From NCBI GenBank assembly GCA_902797445.1, contig CADBTC010000177.1, forward strand, positions 5,684-69,683: 64,000 nt of DNA, read 5' to 3'. Each line of letters starts with the position of its first letter. Positions within the stretch are counted from its first letter, which is position 1. This stretch comes from an uncultured Eubacteriales bacterium (lineage in GTDB: Bacteria > Bacillota > Clostridia > Christensenellales > Aristaeellaceae). This document shows positions 19,592 to 29,362 of this stretch, piece by piece. Position numbers and translations under genes: made by a program. The notes below the pieces were generated by a model. That model was not told where the DNA came from, did not search any database, and was given only the letters and a program-made list of their open reading frames with translations.

Positions 19592-20938
19592 TCAGTTCCG
19601 CAGCGAATGCAGCGGTGCGGGAATCCGCCCGCCCCGGGCGATAAATGCCGCGTTCCCGCAGGGGTTAACCGGCATCACCGGCGCATATCCCAGCAGCCCG
19701 CCGAATTCCACTCGATCCCCGGCCTTCTTGCCCACGGCAGGGATGACCCGCACGGCGGTGGTCTTATGGTTCACCACCCCGATGGCTGCCTCGTCCGCGA
19801 TGATCCCGCTGATGGTCTCCGCGCTGGTATCCCCGGGAATCGCGATCATGTCCAACCCCACGGAGCATACGCAGGTCATGGCCTCCAGTTTCTCCAGCGT
19901 CAGGTTTCCTTTGCCGGCCGCCTCGATCATGCCGATGTCCTCACTGACCGGGATAAACGCGCCGCTCAGACCGCCCACGTGATTGCTGGCCATGACGCCG
20001 CCCTTCTTGACCGCGTCGTTGAGCAGTGCCAGCGCCGCCGTGGTACCCGGCGCGCCGGTACTTTCCAGCCCCATTTCCTCCAGGATATGGGCCACCGAGT
20101 CTCCCCTGGCCGGGGTAGGCGCCAGGCTCAGATCCACGATGCCGAACGGAATACCCATCCGCTGACTGGCTTCTCTGGCCACCAGCTGACCGACCCGTGT
20201 AATCTTAAAAGCGGTCCGCTTGATGGTTTCCGCCACGATGTCGAAGGGTTCCCCTTTCACTTCTTCCAGCGCCCGCTTGACAACGCCGGGCCCGGAAACC
20301 CCCACGTTAATGGCGCATTCCGGCTCCCCGACCCCGCAGAAGGCGCCCGCCATGAAGGGGTTGTCTTCCACCGCGTTGGCAAAGACCACCAGCTTGGCGC
20401 AGCCAAGCCCGTCTCTGTCCGCCGTCAGCTCCGCGGTCTTCCGGATCACCTGGCCCATCTCCCGCACCGCGTTCATGTTGATGCCCGCCCGGCTGGATGC
20501 CACATTGACGCTGGAGCAAAGCCTTTCCGTGGTGCTCAGCGCCTCCGGAATCGAAGCCAGCAGGCGCTCATCGGCCCGGGTGGCGCCCTTATGCATCAGG
20601 GCGGAGTAGCCTCCCAGAAAGTTGACCCCCATCTCCTTCGCCGCGCGGTCCAGCGCCCTGGCGATGGGAAGCGGATCCCCCTGGCAGATCAGGCTCACAG
20701 GCGTGACGCTGATCCGTTTGTTCACGATGGGAATGCCGAATTCCCGCTCGATATGCTCCCCTGTGGAAACCAGATCCTTCGCCATCAGACAGATCTTTTC
20801 ATATACCCTCTCCGCGCAAACCTGCGGATCCCTGTCCGAGCAGTCCAGCAGATTGATCCCCAGGGTAATCGTCCGTACGTCGAAATGCTCCTCCTGGATC
20901 ATCCGCAGCGTCTGCAGTATTTCACCCGTCTCGATCAT
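19592..20938 (-). CDS. DUF711 / UPF0210 (PFL-like) family protein
   Basis: [51 protein letters not shown]. Confidence 0.9.
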   Translation of the reverse strand: MIETGEILQTLRMIQEEHFDVRTITLGINLLDCSDRDPQVCAERVYEKICLMAKDLVSTGEHIEREFGIPIVNKRISVTPVSLICQGDPLPIARALDRAAKEMGVNFLGGYSALMHKGATRADERLLASIPEALSTTERLCSSVNVASSRAGINMNAVREMGQVIRKTAELTADRDGLGCAKLVVFANAVEDNPFMAGAFCGVGEPECAINVGVSGPGVVKRALEEVKGEPFDIVAETIKRTAFKITRVGQLVAREASQRMGIPFGIVDLSLAPTPARGDSVAHILEEMGLESTGAPGTTAALALLNDAVKKGGVMASNHVGGLSGAFIPVSEDIGMIEAAGKGNLTLEKLEAMTCVCSVGLDMIAIPGDTSAETISGIIADEAAIGVVNHKTTAVRVIPAVGKKAGDRVEFGGLLGYAPVMPVNPCGNAAFIARGGRIPAPLHSLRN

Positions 20939-20951
20939 TTTCTCCTCCGCC

Positions 20952-21224
20952 TCAGATCCGGTGCATCGCGTCAAATATATCCATCCGCTGCATATGGATT
21001 TCCATCTTCAGCTCCTCCCGAATGGGTTCCAGCGCCTGATTGATCCCGTCAAAGTCCACCGGCGCCCCGGAGATATCCACGATCATCATCATCGTGAAAT
21101 ACCCACCCAGAATCGTCTGGCTGATATCCAGGATATTGATGTTCAGTTCGCTCAGTTTCGTCGCCACCCGGGCGATAATCCCCGTGGCATCCAGTCCCGT
21201 TACGCTGATCAGTGCCTTCCGCAT
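20952..21224 (-). CDS. ACT-domain protein (UPF0237), usual partner of DUF711
   Basis: [17 protein letters not shown]. Confidence 0.92.
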   Translation of the reverse strand: MRKALISVTGLDATGIIARVATKLSELNINILDISQTILGGYFTMMMIVDISGAPVDFDGINQALEPIREELKMEIHMQRMDIFDAMHRI

Positions 21225-21261
21225 GCGTTACACCCCTCAAGTCCACAAAGATACAGGGTAT

Positions 21262-21290
21262 ATTATAGTTTTCCCCTCGCGGGGTGTCAA
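21262..21290 (-). promoter_or_regulatory. perfect-consensus sigma-A promoter
   Basis: TTGACA-17bp-TATAAT on - strand upstream of ACT/DUF711. Confidence 0.85.
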
Positions 21291-21439
21291 GCTGAAGACA
21301 CGCCGGCATTGAAAAACGCCGGACCGATGCGTCGTACCGCAGCAGCCAGGCGTTTGCAGATGAAATTGAAAAGAGAAAAGAGAATCCGCGCTGCCGATTA
21401 ACCCGACAGGAGAAAACGTCCAGCGCCGGAAAATCCGGA

Positions 21440-22684
21440 TTATTCGTACCGCTCGTCGATGACCCGGCGGGTCTTCTTTTCGCTGCGGGGCAGGAGGCCG
21501 TTTTCCACCACCTTGACCAAGGGCGTAAATCCAATGGTGCTCTTGACCTTCGCGGCGATGCGGTCCGCCAGCTCCAGGAAGTTAACGGAGCCGTTGGTTT
21601 CCACGTAGATGCGCATGGTGTCCTTGCCGTCCAGATGAGAGATGCGGATCTGATATTCGCTGGAAACCTCGGGGAAGGACTGGAGAATCTCCTCGATCTG
21701 GGCCGGGAAGACATTCACGCCCTTGATCTTCATCATATCGTCCGTCCGGCCCATGATGGTATCCAGCCGGGGGTGTTTGCATCCGCAGGGGCATTCCCCG
21801 GGAATGATCCGAGACAGGTCGTGAGTCCGGTAGCGGATCAGCGGAGCCCCTTCCTTGACCAAGGTTGTGATGACGATCTCTCCCATCTCTCCGTCCGGAA
21901 CAGGCTTCAGGGTCACGGGATCGATGATCTCAATATAGAGATAGTCGTCCCAGTAATGCATGCCGGTATTGTATTTACAGTTAATCCCGATGCCCGGACC
22001 GTAGATTTCCGTCAGACCGTAGATGTCATACAGCTCGATGCCTAAAGATTCGCCGATGCGCCGGCGCATCTTCTCGCTCCAGCGCTCGGAGCCGATGACC
22101 CCCTTCTTCAGGTGAATCTGATTCTTGATCCCCCGCTTCTCGATTTCCTCCGCCAGCAGCAGAGCGTAGGAGGAGGTGGAGCAGAGCACCGTGGACTTCA
22201 TGTCCCGCATCATCTGCAGCTGCTTTTCCGTATTGCCGGGGCCCATGGGAATGACCATGGCGCCCAGCCGTTCCGCCCCGGCCTGGAAGCCGATGCCCGC
22301 GGTCCACAGGCCGTAGCCCGGGGTTACCTGGATCCGGTCCATGGGGGTGATGCCCGCCATGGCATAGCAGCGGGCGAACATGATGGCCCAGTCCTCCACG
22401 TCCTTGGCGGTATAGGGAATGATCACCGGCAGGCCGGTGGTGCCGGAGGAGGAGTGAATCCGGACGATTTTGTCCTCCGGAGCGGTCATCAGGCCCAGGG
22501 GGTACGCTTCCCGAAGATCGCTTTTCTCCGAAAAGGGCAGCGATTCAAAATCCTCTGCCGTTTTGATGCCGGAGATGCCGACTTCCTTCAGCTTCTTTCC
22601 GTAAAAGCTGTCGGCAGAAATCAGGGCGTCGATGCGGTCGTTCACCTGAGCGATTTGTTCATTGGAAATGCGCATTTTCTGCAT
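21440..22684 (-). CDS. paaK: phenylacetate--CoA ligase family protein (copy 2)
   Basis: HSSSGTTG, PGYGLWTAG, DIYGLTE, RYRTHD, GRTDDM. Confidence 0.88.
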   Translation of the reverse strand: MQKMRISNEQIAQVNDRIDALISADSFYGKKLKEVGISGIKTAEDFESLPFSEKSDLREAYPLGLMTAPEDKIVRIHSSSGTTGLPVIIPYTAKDVEDWAIMFARCYAMAGITPMDRIQVTPGYGLWTAGIGFQAGAERLGAMVIPMGPGNTEKQLQMMRDMKSTVLCSTSSYALLLAEEIEKRGIKNQIHLKKGVIGSERWSEKMRRRIGESLGIELYDIYGLTEIYGPGIGINCKYNTGMHYWDDYLYIEIIDPVTLKPVPDGEMGEIVITTLVKEGAPLIRYRTHDLSRIIPGECPCGCKHPRLDTIMGRTDDMMKIKGVNVFPAQIEEILQSFPEVSSEYQIRISHLDGKDTMRIYVETNGSVNFLELADRIAAKVKSTIGFTPLVKVVENGLLPRSEKKTRRVIDERYE

Positions 22685-22691
22685 CCTCCTT

Positions 22692-23273
22692 TTATTTGTT
22701 TTCCCCGGCCCAGCGAAGGGCCCGAAGGTTGAGCTCGTAAAACTTTCCCGGAATCAGGCGTTGCATGGCCTCCAGCAGATCCGCTTCCGTCAGCCCCAGG
22801 GCGCCGGATTGCAGGGCGGCCCCCAGCAGGATCAGATTCAGCACCCTGGGAGAGCCAACCTCCCGCATGGCCCGTTCCCCGTCCACCACCAGCAGGGACG
22901 GAACCTGGGCCTTCAGGTAGTCCAGCATGGGCTCCGCCCGGTATGCTTCCCCGGACAGGGCCGCCATGACGGGCGTAACGGGCCGGGAGGAAACGATCAC
23001 CTGTCCTCCGGGCCGCAGGAAGGGCAGCATCCGGGCCGTCTCTCCTGGCTCAAAGCCCAGCAGCAGGTCCGCTTCCCCCCGGGCGATCATGGGAGAATGG
23101 ATGCCCTCCCCCATGCGCAGGTGGCTGAAGACACTGCCGCCCCGCTGTGCCATTCCGATGGTCTCGGCGGAAAGCACCGGAATGTTCCGGGCCATGGCCG
23201 CGGCGGAAATCAGGCGGGACGCCAGCACGGTTCCCTGGCCGCCCACCCCGCACAGGATGATGTTCTTACGCAT
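22692..23273 (-). CDS. iorB: indolepyruvate:ferredoxin oxidoreductase beta subunit (copy 2)
   Basis: GVGGQG, AETIGMAQRGGSV; GGAGGTG RBS before ATG 23273. Confidence 0.9.
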   Translation of the reverse strand: MRKNIILCGVGGQGTVLASRLISAAAMARNIPVLSAETIGMAQRGGSVFSHLRMGEGIHSPMIARGEADLLLGFEPGETARMLPFLRPGGQVIVSSRPVTPVMAALSGEAYRAEPMLDYLKAQVPSLLVVDGERAMREVGSPRVLNLILLGAALQSGALGLTEADLLEAMQRLIPGKFYELNLRALRWAGENK

Positions 23274-25083
23274 GATGTTCACCTCCGGAAATAGCATCGG
23301 CGGGGCAGATCTGCGCGCACAGGGTGCACCCGGTGCACTGGCCGGGATCGATGACTGCCTTGCCCTCCGCAAAGCTGAGGGCGGGACAGCCAATCTCCCG
23401 GATGCACTTGCGGCATCCGATGCATTTGCCCGGATTCACAGCCGCCCGGCCCGTTGGCCGGGACAGGGCGATGCAGGGGGACCGGAAAATGATGGCCTTG
23501 ACCCCGGGGGCAGCGTCCGCCCGCTGCACCGCATCCACCGCAGCGGTCAGCTTCAGGGGATCCACGGTCTCCACAAAGGTCAGGCCGATGCCCCGCAGCA
23601 CGTTTTCAATGCTGACCTTGTCCACCACCTGACCCATCACCGTCCGGCCGGTTCCCGGATGGGGCTGATGCCCGGTCATGGCCGTGGTGGAATTATCCAG
23701 CACCACCAGGGTGAAGGAGGCCTGGTTGTATACGGCGTTCACCACCCCCGGAAGGGCGGAGGCAAAGAAGGTGGAATCTCCAACGAAGGCGAAGCAGGAG
23801 CGGTCCGGCTCCAGATGGTTCACCGCCTGGGCGATGCCCAGCCCCGCCCCCATGCACAGACAGGTATCCACCATCTCCAGGGGTTTGGCGTTGCCCAGCG
23901 TATAGCAGCCGATATCCCCGCAGAAGATGGTCTTTCTGCCCTTCATGGCCTGCTTCACGGCATAGAAGGATGCCCGGTGGGGGCAGCCCGCGCAGAGCAC
24001 CGGCGGCCGGACGGGCAGGGGGGGCGGCGGGGGCAGGGTCTCCGTCTTTCGGGGCGCGCCCAGAAAACTCGCCACCGCGTCGGTCACCAGGTCCCGGGTA
24101 TTCTCCCCCGAGCGGGGCATATGCCCCGTCTGTTTGCCGAGAATGTGCGTTTTCAGACCGTATTTGCCGCAGATGTAGATCAGGTTCCGCTCGATGACCG
24201 GATCCAGCTCCTCCAGGCACAGGACCTCATCCAGATCCCGAAGGAAATTCACCGCCAGCTTTTCCGGGAAGGGGAAGGGAACCCCCACCTTCAGCAGGGG
24301 AATCCCGCCCAGCTGCTCCCGGGCTTCCAGGGCGTAGGTATAGGAAATGCCGCCCGCTGCCAGGCCCTTGCGCGGTGCGGGGACATCTTCCCCGGTCTCC
24401 ATCCGGTTAAAGGGACTTTCGCAGAGCAGGCCGGACAGATCTTCGTTCCGCTCCTCGATCTTCCGGTGATTGGCAAAGGACAGCCGGGGAAAGATCACCC
24501 AGCGGCCCGGATCCTTTTCGAAGCCGGACGGCGAATGCTGCTCATACTCCTCCGGATCCTTGACCTCCAGGGCGGCGTATCCGTGAGACACCCGGGTCGT
24601 GGGACGCAGAAACACGGGAGTGCCGTGCTGCTCCGAGAATGCAAAGGCCTCCTGCGCCATGGCGTAGGCCTCCGCGGCCGAGGAAGGATCAAAGCAGGGC
24701 ACCTTGGAGAAGGCGGCAAAATGCCGGGTATCCTGCTCCGTCTGGGAGGAAATGGGGCCGGGGTCGTCCGCCACCAGTACCACCACGCCCCCCTTCACCC
24801 CGATATACTCCAGGCACATCAGGGGATCGGCGGCCACATTCAGGCCCATCTGCTTCATGGTCACCAGCACCCGGGCGCCGCTGTAGGATGCCCCGGCAGC
24901 CATCTCCATGGCGGTTTTCTCGTTCACGGACCATTCCACATAGACTCCCTCGGGCCGGTTTTTCGCCACGGTTTCCAGCACCTCCGTGGAAGGGGTGCCC
25001 GGATACCCGCAGACCAGATTCACCCCGGCGGCCAGGGCCCCCAGCGCGATGGCTTCATTGCCCATCAGAAAAGCGGTATGCAA
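23266..25083 (-). CDS. iorA: indolepyruvate:ferredoxin oxidoreductase alpha subunit (copy 2)
   Basis: YPGTPSTE, CAGCPH, GDIGCY, GDSTF, C-terminal ferredoxin cysteines. Confidence 0.92.
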   Translation of the reverse strand: MHTAFLMGNEAIALGALAAGVNLVCGYPGTPSTEVLETVAKNRPEGVYVEWSVNEKTAMEMAAGASYSGARVLVTMKQMGLNVAADPLMCLEYIGVKGGVVVLVADDPGPISSQTEQDTRHFAAFSKVPCFDPSSAAEAYAMAQEAFAFSEQHGTPVFLRPTTRVSHGYAALEVKDPEEYEQHSPSGFEKDPGRWVIFPRLSFANHRKIEERNEDLSGLLCESPFNRMETGEDVPAPRKGLAAGGISYTYALEAREQLGGIPLLKVGVPFPFPEKLAVNFLRDLDEVLCLEELDPVIERNLIYICGKYGLKTHILGKQTGHMPRSGENTRDLVTDAVASFLGAPRKTETLPPPPPLPVRPPVLCAGCPHRASFYAVKQAMKGRKTIFCGDIGCYTLGNAKPLEMVDTCLCMGAGLGIAQAVNHLEPDRSCFAFVGDSTFFASALPGVVNAVYNQASFTLVVLDNSTTAMTGHQPHPGTGRTVMGQVVDKVSIENVLRGIGLTFVETVDPLKLTAAVDAVQRADAAPGVKAIIFRSPCIALSRPTGRAAVNPGKCIGCRKCIREIGCPALSFAEGKAVIDPGQCTGCTLCAQICPADAISGGEHHA

Positions 25084-25115
25084 ACGTCATCATCTCCTGT
25101 TTGATTGTTTGATCG

Positions 25116-25844
25116 TTATCTTCCATTCGCCGGCTTCTGGGCGGCGGAAGCTTCGCAGGCGCTGACAAAGGCATCGAAGATTTTCCGATGCAGCGGATAC
25201 CGGGCCTGCATGGACTCGGGATGCCACTGGACCCCGACGGCGAAGGGATGATCTGCCAGCTCAATTCCTTCCACCAGCCCGTCTGGGGCAACAGCAGATG
25301 GAATCAGGCAGTCAGGCAGCTTTTTCGCCCCCTGGTGATGCCGTGTGTTAACCTCGAGACGATCCGTACCGATGATCTCCGACAGCTTCGTGCCGGGCAG
25401 CAGTTTCACCGGATGAATGGGATCCGCCGGCCGGTCCATCCGGGAATGCCGGATTTCGGCGGAAAACTGGGTGGGCAGATCCTGATATAAAGTCCCTCCC
25501 ATGGCGGCGCAGAGCACCTGCATGCCCCGGCAGATCGCCAGCACCGGCATTTTTTTCGCCAGCGCCATCTTCAGCAGGGGAAACTCCATCGCATCCCGCT
25601 CCGGGGAAGCCTCCCCGCAGACGGGGAGCCTCTCCTCCCCGTACAGGGCCGGCTCCACATCCCCTCCCCCCGTCATCAGCAGCCCGTCCACCTGGGATAA
25701 AAACATTTCCAGGCGTTTTTCCTCGCTGGTGACCGGCAGGAGCACCGGCAGCCCGCCGGCTGCCAGAATGGCCTCGGGATAGGCCCGGCTGATGGATTCC
25801 TTCATATCGTCTATCTGGGTAGGAACAATACCAATTTTGACCAT
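25116..25844 (-). CDS. peptidase C26 / gamma-glutamyl-gamma-aminobutyrate hydrolase family (class I GATase fold)
   Basis: GGGDV.P, AICRGMQ nucleophile, VQWHPE. Confidence 0.9.
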   Translation of the reverse strand: MVKIGIVPTQIDDMKESISRAYPEAILAAGGLPVLLPVTSEEKRLEMFLSQVDGLLMTGGGDVEPALYGEERLPVCGEASPERDAMEFPLLKMALAKKMPVLAICRGMQVLCAAMGGTLYQDLPTQFSAEIRHSRMDRPADPIHPVKLLPGTKLSEIIGTDRLEVNTRHHQGAKKLPDCLIPSAVAPDGLVEGIELADHPFAVGVQWHPESMQARYPLHRKIFDAFVSACEASAAQKPANGR

Positions 25845-25920
25845 GTGTTTTTCAGACTCCTGTCCTTCATATTTGCCTCCGTTCCCGGCAGTTCACCGGA
25901 AACCGGAGGCATCGTTTTCT

Positions 25921-28362
25921 TTATTCTTTCGGTTCTCCGTTGCCAGCCAGGCTGCTCATGACCTCCCGGGCAATGTCCGCGCCCCGTTTGGCATCCCGGG
26001 CATAGTAATCCGCACCGATTTCCCGGGCATACTCCTCCGTCAGCACAGCGCCTCCCACCATTACTTTGCTTGGCACCTGCGCCTCCCGCAGCATGCGAAT
26101 GGTTTTCTCCATCGCCGGGAGGGTGGTGGTCATCAGGGCGGAAAGCCCCACCAGGGGGACCTTTTCCCGAAGCGCGGTTTCCACGATCTCCTCCGGGGGG
26201 ACGTCCTTTCCCAGGTCCAACACCGTATAGCCGTAGTTTTCCAGCACTACCCGGACGATGTTCTTCCCAATGTCGTGAATGTCCCCCTGGACGGTCGCGA
26301 TCAGGATCTTCCCCCGGGAAAGGGCAGGCCGGTCCTGGGCGGCCAGGCGGGCTTTCAGCACCTCAAATCCGGCGCTGGCGGCCTGGGCGGCCCGAAGCAG
26401 CTGGGGCAGGAAAATCGTCTGGCGCTCGTAGCGGTCCCCCACCTCGTTCAGGGCGGGAATCAGCTCCTGCTCGATGACCTCCATCTCGGTTTTTTGGGAA
26501 AGCGCGGCTTCCGTCAGGCGGACGACCTCGCTGCCCTGACCCCGGATCACCGCTTCCTGCAGGGAGGAGCCGCCAGCGGCCTGCGCGGCGTTCTCCCCTG
26601 TCTTTGATTCAGCGGGCACCGGTGCGGCCGCGGCCGCCGGAGGGACGTCCGGCATGGCCGCGCAAAGCTGAATGTACCGATCCGCCCCCGCGTCCTCACC
26701 GCTGAGCACCCGGAAGGCGGCCACCGCCTTGCGCATGGCGTTCTGGTTGGGGTTCATGATGGGGCAGTCCAGTCCCGCATACAGGGCCTGGGTCAGAAAG
26801 CTCAGGTTGATCTGCTGCCGCTCCGGCAGGCCGAAGGAGATATTGCTGACCCCCAGCACCGTCTGAACGCCCAGCTCCTTTTTTGCGCAGCTCAGGGCTT
26901 TCAGCGTCTCCGCCGCCTGGCTTTGCTGGGCGGATACGGTCAGGGTCAGACAGTCGATGTATACATCCTGCCGGGGAATTCCCACCCGGTCCGCCGCTTC
27001 CGCGATGCGCCGGGCGATGGCCATCCGGCCCTCCCAGGTCTCGGGAATCCCCTGTTCATCCAGGCAGAGGCCCACCACCGCCGCTCCGTACTTTTTGCAC
27101 AGGGGCAGAATGGCCTCCAGGGATTCCTTTTTGCCGTTTACGGAATTCACCAGGCACTTGCCGCAGGCAATCCGCAGCCCGGCCTCCACCACGGCTGGAT
27201 CGGAGGAATCGATCTGCAGGGGAAGATCCGTCGCCGCCTGCAGCCCCTGAATGACCCGGATCATCATTCCCCGCTCATCCACACCGGGAAGCCCCACGTT
27301 CACATCCAGGATGTCCGCGCCGGCGTCCTGCTGCTGGATGCCGAAGGAAAGAATGTAATCCAGGTCGTTATCCCGCAGCGCCTGCTGCATACGCTTTTTG
27401 CCGGTGGGGTTGATGCGCTCCCCGATGATCCTAACCCGGCCGGTCTCCGCCACGGCGCGTGCGGAACAGATGCCATAGCGGCGGGAAGGCCGATCAGCCC
27501 CCGGTTCCACGCCGGCCCGTTTCTTTGCCAGCTCCCGGATGAACGCCGGATCCGTCCCGCAGCATCCGCCCATATACCGGACGCCCAGGGACGGGGCGTT
27601 TTCCATCAGCGCGGCAAAATCCCCCGGCATGAGGGGATACGCCCCGGTGACCGGATCCGGCAGGCCGGCGTTGGGCTTAAGGATCAGCGGAAGGTCCGTC
27701 CACTCCCGCAGCTCCCGCAGCAGAGGCATCAGCTCCGCGGGCCCCAGGGAGCAGTTGAACCCCAGCGCCTCCACCCCCAGCCCCGACAGGGTCAGCGCCA
27801 TGGCAGGCACCGTCACCCCCAGGAAGGTACGGCCGGAGGCCTCGAAGGTCATGGTCGCCCAGACGGGCAGGGCTGTATTTTCCTTCGCGGCCAGGACCGC
27901 TGCCCGCATCTCCTGCAGGTCGCTCATGGTTTCGAAAATGACCCGGTCCGCTCCGGCGGCTTCCCCGGCTGTCAGAATCCGGCGGAAGGCGTCATAGGCC
28001 TCCTCAAAGGACAGGGAACCGAGGGGCTCCATCAGCCGCCCCAGGGGCCCCACGTCCAGGGCCACCTGCGTTTTGGAACCAGCCGCTTCCTTCGCGCAGC
28101 GGATCCCGGCGGAGATCAGTTCCTCCAGCTCAAAGCCGCTGCCGGCCGTTTTAAAGGGATTAGCCCCGAAGGTATTGGCATAGATCACCCGACTCCCGGC
28201 TTCCACATAGCGGCGGTGGATTCCCGTCACAGCTTCCGGATGGGTGATGTTCCAGCTTTCCGGCAGAACCCCCAGGGGGAGTCCCGCCTGCTGGAGCATG
28301 GTCCCCATCCCCCCGTCCAGCAGGGTCACGTGATTCTGTCCGTTTATCCGATTCATTTCCAT
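25921..28362 (-). CDS. metH: cobalamin-dependent methionine synthase core (Hcy-, pterin- and B12-binding domains, no activation domain)
   Basis: LDGGMGT, NCSLGP, GGCCGT, IGERINPTG, DIHDIGKN, SALMTTT. Confidence 0.92.
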   Translation of the reverse strand: MEMNRINGQNHVTLLDGGMGTMLQQAGLPLGVLPESWNITHPEAVTGIHRRYVEAGSRVIYANTFGANPFKTAGSGFELEELISAGIRCAKEAAGSKTQVALDVGPLGRLMEPLGSLSFEEAYDAFRRILTAGEAAGADRVIFETMSDLQEMRAAVLAAKENTALPVWATMTFEASGRTFLGVTVPAMALTLSGLGVEALGFNCSLGPAELMPLLRELREWTDLPLILKPNAGLPDPVTGAYPLMPGDFAALMENAPSLGVRYMGGCCGTDPAFIRELAKKRAGVEPGADRPSRRYGICSARAVAETGRVRIIGERINPTGKKRMQQALRDNDLDYILSFGIQQQDAGADILDVNVGLPGVDERGMMIRVIQGLQAATDLPLQIDSSDPAVVEAGLRIACGKCLVNSVNGKKESLEAILPLCKKYGAAVVGLCLDEQGIPETWEGRMAIARRIAEAADRVGIPRQDVYIDCLTLTVSAQQSQAAETLKALSCAKKELGVQTVLGVSNISFGLPERQQINLSFLTQALYAGLDCPIMNPNQNAMRKAVAAFRVLSGEDAGADRYIQLCAAMPDVPPAAAAAPVPAESKTGENAAQAAGGSSLQEAVIRGQGSEVVRLTEAALSQKTEMEVIEQELIPALNEVGDRYERQTIFLPQLLRAAQAASAGFEVLKARLAAQDRPALSRGKILIATVQGDIHDIGKNIVRVVLENYGYTVLDLGKDVPPEEIVETALREKVPLVGLSALMTTTLPAMEKTIRMLREAQVPSKVMVGGAVLTEEYAREIGADYYARDAKRGADIAREVMSSLAGNGEPKE

Positions 28363-28377
28363 TGTATGGCTCCCGTT

Positions 28378-29049
28378 TTATGATCTGGCACAGCCTGTGC
28401 CCTTTTTTCGGTACAGGCAGCGGTCGGAGAAGGAACAGGCCGTGCACCCGCCGCCCTGCTGCGAGGCTGGCGCTGTATCGGAAACGCCCATCAGGGCCGT
28501 AACGGATTTTTGCGGCGTCATGAGCCAGCTTTCCGTCAGAGTGATCCCCAGCTGCCGGGGCAGGTCCAGCACGGCCGCGAACAGCGGCTGCTGAGAAAGG
28601 GGGAAATCCCCGTAGCCGGGGCTGAAACGGGGCGTCAGAAAGGCCGGAGCGAATTCCCGGGCCAGATCCGCGCAAAGCGCATCGCACACATCTTCGATGG
28701 CCGCATTGCACAGGGCATCCAGCAGGGCGGCATCCAGGAGGTTTTTGCCCTGGGTTCGATGAAGCAGCAAATCCGCTTCCGCTCCCAGGGTGGCCGCCAT
28801 CAATATGGCTCCGGTGCACCCCCGCAGCAACACCCGGATGGATTCTCCCTCCGGCCGGAAGGCCGTCCCGGAAAGCGTCCCGTCCGGAAGCAGGTCAAAA
28901 CGGCGCCAGGTCACCCGGGGTCGAATCGTGCGGAGCAGCAGGGCCTCGCATCTGTCCAGATCCTCGTCCACATCGCCGGGAACCGCCCCCCGCAGCCCCA
29001 GATAGCGCAGGGCTTCCGGCCGGGAAATCCTGTCAAGCCGGACTTCCAT
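28378..29049 (-). CDS. stand-alone methionine synthase activation (AdoMet-binding) domain
   Basis: AATLG, RFSPGYGD, P.KSVTA motifs, C-terminal CxxCxxxxxC; AAGGAGG RBS. Confidence 0.88.
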   Translation of the reverse strand: MEVRLDRISRPEALRYLGLRGAVPGDVDEDLDRCEALLLRTIRPRVTWRRFDLLPDGTLSGTAFRPEGESIRVLLRGCTGAILMAATLGAEADLLLHRTQGKNLLDAALLDALCNAAIEDVCDALCADLAREFAPAFLTPRFSPGYGDFPLSQQPLFAAVLDLPRQLGITLTESWLMTPQKSVTALMGVSDTAPASQQGGGCTACSFSDRCLYRKKGTGCARS

Positions 29050-29161
29050 GGACCCTTCCTCCTTCCCCGCAGCACCACCGGCAGGATCCTTACCCTCTGA
29101 CACGGGCATCGGGCCCCGGCAAATCAGCAATCATGCGCTTTCATATCCGTATAATTCTAAT

Positions 29162-29190
29162 AAGGTAGCACAGGAGTCAGCAAAATTCAA
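29162..29190 (-). promoter_or_regulatory. probable promoter for the met operon
   Basis: TTGAAT-17bp-(TGn)TACCTT on - strand. Confidence 0.45.
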
Positions 29191-29362
29191 CTGAAGCAAT
29201 GCCGCTTTCCTGTTCGTTTCGTGCATTTTTCATTTCAGCTCCCTGTTTTTTACGTTTTCCGTTTTGCAGTTTCCGTTTGAAAAGGAGCTGTGTTTTTTCA
29301 CAGCCCCTTCATTCAGGATAAACCAATGTTCTCACGCGAAAACGGAAGGAAACAAAATCGAA

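Noticed and set aside
22927-25104. 725-aa + strand ORF
   Set aside because: Antisense shadow of iorA2/iorB2; no motifs, and long shadows are expected with high GC3.
25921-29049. metH split as a pseudogene or frameshift
   Set aside because: Both ORFs are intact, and a separate activation domain is a known arrangement in Clostridia and Thermotoga.
29050-29160. Possible SAM or cobalamin riboswitch upstream of the met genes
   Set aside because: Only a GCTGATTT fragment resembles SAM-II; no SAM-I core, B12 box or T-box was found.
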